64,000 nucleotides of DNA, taken from Rhizodiscina lignyota. Lineage: Eukaryota. The notes under the pieces were generated by a model. It made no database searches, was not told the origin of the DNA, and saw only the letters and a list, made by a program, of their open reading frames with translations. The number at the start of each line of letters is the position of its first letter. The first letter of the stretch is position 1. The translations under genes and the position numbers were made by a program. This document shows positions 62,501 through 64,000 of this stretch, one piece after another. The stretch lies in the NCBI GenBank assembly GCA_010015805.1, contig ML978125.1, positions 372,001-436,000 of the forward strand, written 5' to 3'.

Positions 62501-63172
62501 ACTTGCTTGGGCATTTCCTTCTACGGAAACTTGTCCACGCCGAATTGCCTCTTGAAGCAAAATGTTACGCTTCCCCAGCCTGATCCCGGATGCGACAGCG
62601 GCGCGTTGATCAATCCATACAAGGGCGGCTCGACGATGTTCTTTACAACTACCCAAGCGGGTTCCATGGGCAATGGGAATGGACCTGGAACTGGCCTTGG
62701 GACCGGAGTATCGACCCAAACGGTCCTACAGACTCTCACGACCACTTTCGATCAAACAGTTTCCATAACTTTGACGAGCACGGCCTCTTCCGTCCTGACA
62801 ATCAGTGGCCAGCCGACAACGCAAGTCAGCACACAAACCGTGGTTTCTACTCAAACAGCGCCGACCACCACGCAATTCATTACCACGTCTACGATTCAAT
62901 ACGTGACGGTCATCCAAGGAGGAGGGAGTGGAGGCGGCGGTGGCGAAACGGTAACTGTAACGTACGTGCCGCCAAGCTCGGGCAGCAGCACCGGCTTCAG
63001 CTGTATGACGAGTCCGACAAACTACTTGAATGCGGGATTGGGGGGGATTAAGATCCGAAGAAACGCCCACATATTCCCGGAGAGGGCTGCGCAGTTGGCT
63101 GGAAGGATGGTGCAGAGGGATGTGAAGGGAGAGCTGGCAGAGGTGAATCCGTATGAGATGTGGATTGTCTGA
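56539..63172 (+). CDS. Large secreted GH16 endo-beta-1,3(4)-glucanase-like protein with PAN/Apple-like repeats and Ser/Thr-rich regions
   Basis: Signal peptide MLPSRFLPIAASLSLLCVVHSAIA; introns 56689-56738, 57019-57072 and 57274-57329. Motifs GRPSVRL, HMPFGCGVWPAFW, WPSNGEIDIIEG, GGVYAMEW and NIDFCG. Confidence 0.92.
57835..59170 (+). repeat. Two pairs of duplicated Cys-rich modules (A-A'-B-B'), each pair with a 351-bp period
   Basis: Cys-Pro codons at 57845/58196 (A pair) and 58562/58913 (B pair). Nucleotide similarity within each pair is visibly high. Confidence 0.9.
61030..61292 (+). repeat. Degenerate 9-bp coding repeat (G-[AIV]-S)n
   Basis: GASGASDISGASGISGASGIS..GVSGVSGIYGASGISGAS..GASGASGAS. 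Confidence 0.8.
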
Positions 63173-64000
63173 AGTAATAGACTGAGAGGTTTGGTTAGCA
63201 ATGATGTTATGTGCAAAATTTGTTGCATTAGCTTCATCATAAGACCTGGGAACTTCGTAATACATGTCTCCAAAGCACTCACTGCAAATTGTAAAGTGTG
63301 TATTCGCGGGGCATCGCACTCCGCTCGGAGCTCAGAATTGCTAGAGCCAGGAGGTCTCTTTCGCAGCAGCTTGCTTCTTACGCACAAACGCTTCAACGTA
63401 GGTCGGGTAAGGTTTGGAGGGCCTGCTTCAGGCCGAACTCTCTCAGAATGATAAGCCCGTTCGTGAGGCGAGACCAAAAGTACGAATTTCGCGATGGAGG
63501 CGAGAGGACTTGTTGTTTGGTGCTGACAAAATTGGTATGATAGGGGCTGTCCAATGACTCCTGAGGTCGCTAAAGCTTCCAAAGGACTCATCCAACGGCA
63601 CCAATCCCGCGTTGCAAGCTGGTCCCTGCATGCGCGTCTTTTGACAGTTTCGATTATGGAATTATGCAGCCATGTATGTGTGGTGAGCACTGTTCGATTT
63701 CTATCACCGGGCATCAGAGATTGTCACGGGCAGTAATGCCTTGGAAACTCGGGCATCGAACTAATTTCCATGGAATTAAGAATAGCTATTATTTGTCAGC
63801 AACAGAAAATGAATGGAAAGAGTTACGGCTGAATTGCTCCTTCTGCTCGGAGCAGGTAGAACAATTACGGCAGGGGTTTTGTCAGTCACTTGCTACCTTC
63901 TTTTGAACCCGTCAATTCGGAGCCGACTTCAGAAAGAACGGCGCGGCGCTGTCAGTGGCCACGATAGGACCCACTAACATCGGCGACATGAAGAAATGCC

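Overview
Eukaryotic, intron-containing DNA from a filamentous ascomycete (Pezizomycotina; Dothideomycete-like is only an impression). It is gene-dense, with about 22 protein-coding genes, and I saw no rRNA, tRNA, CRISPR array or autonomous transposon. Recognisable housekeeping genes are PEX5, ARC35/ARPC2, DIP2/UTP12, SSB-type Hsp70, a UBE2W-type E2, RPC25 and an Rsa1/NUFIP1-like protein. Also present are a Rid-family protein, a mitochondrial two-RRM protein, a SET-MYND methyltransferase and a BTB-like protein. The more unusual items are: (1) a PARP6/8-like ADP-ribosyltransferase fused to a UBE2Q-type E2; (2) a roughly 2,150-aa secreted GH16 glucanase with six PAN/Apple-like modules and a stop-free 54-nt intron splitting its catalytic motif; (3) a 14-repeat DUF3659/LEA-type protein with a glycine-zipper tail; (4) a diverged tandem pair of small Myb-like nuclear proteins; (5) several splicing oddities (intron inside a start codon, two GC-AG introns, stacked donors, 12-nt exons); (6) a candidate 158-bp MITE. 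I found no convincing multi-gene novel system. All family assignments come from motif recognition by eye, not database searches.
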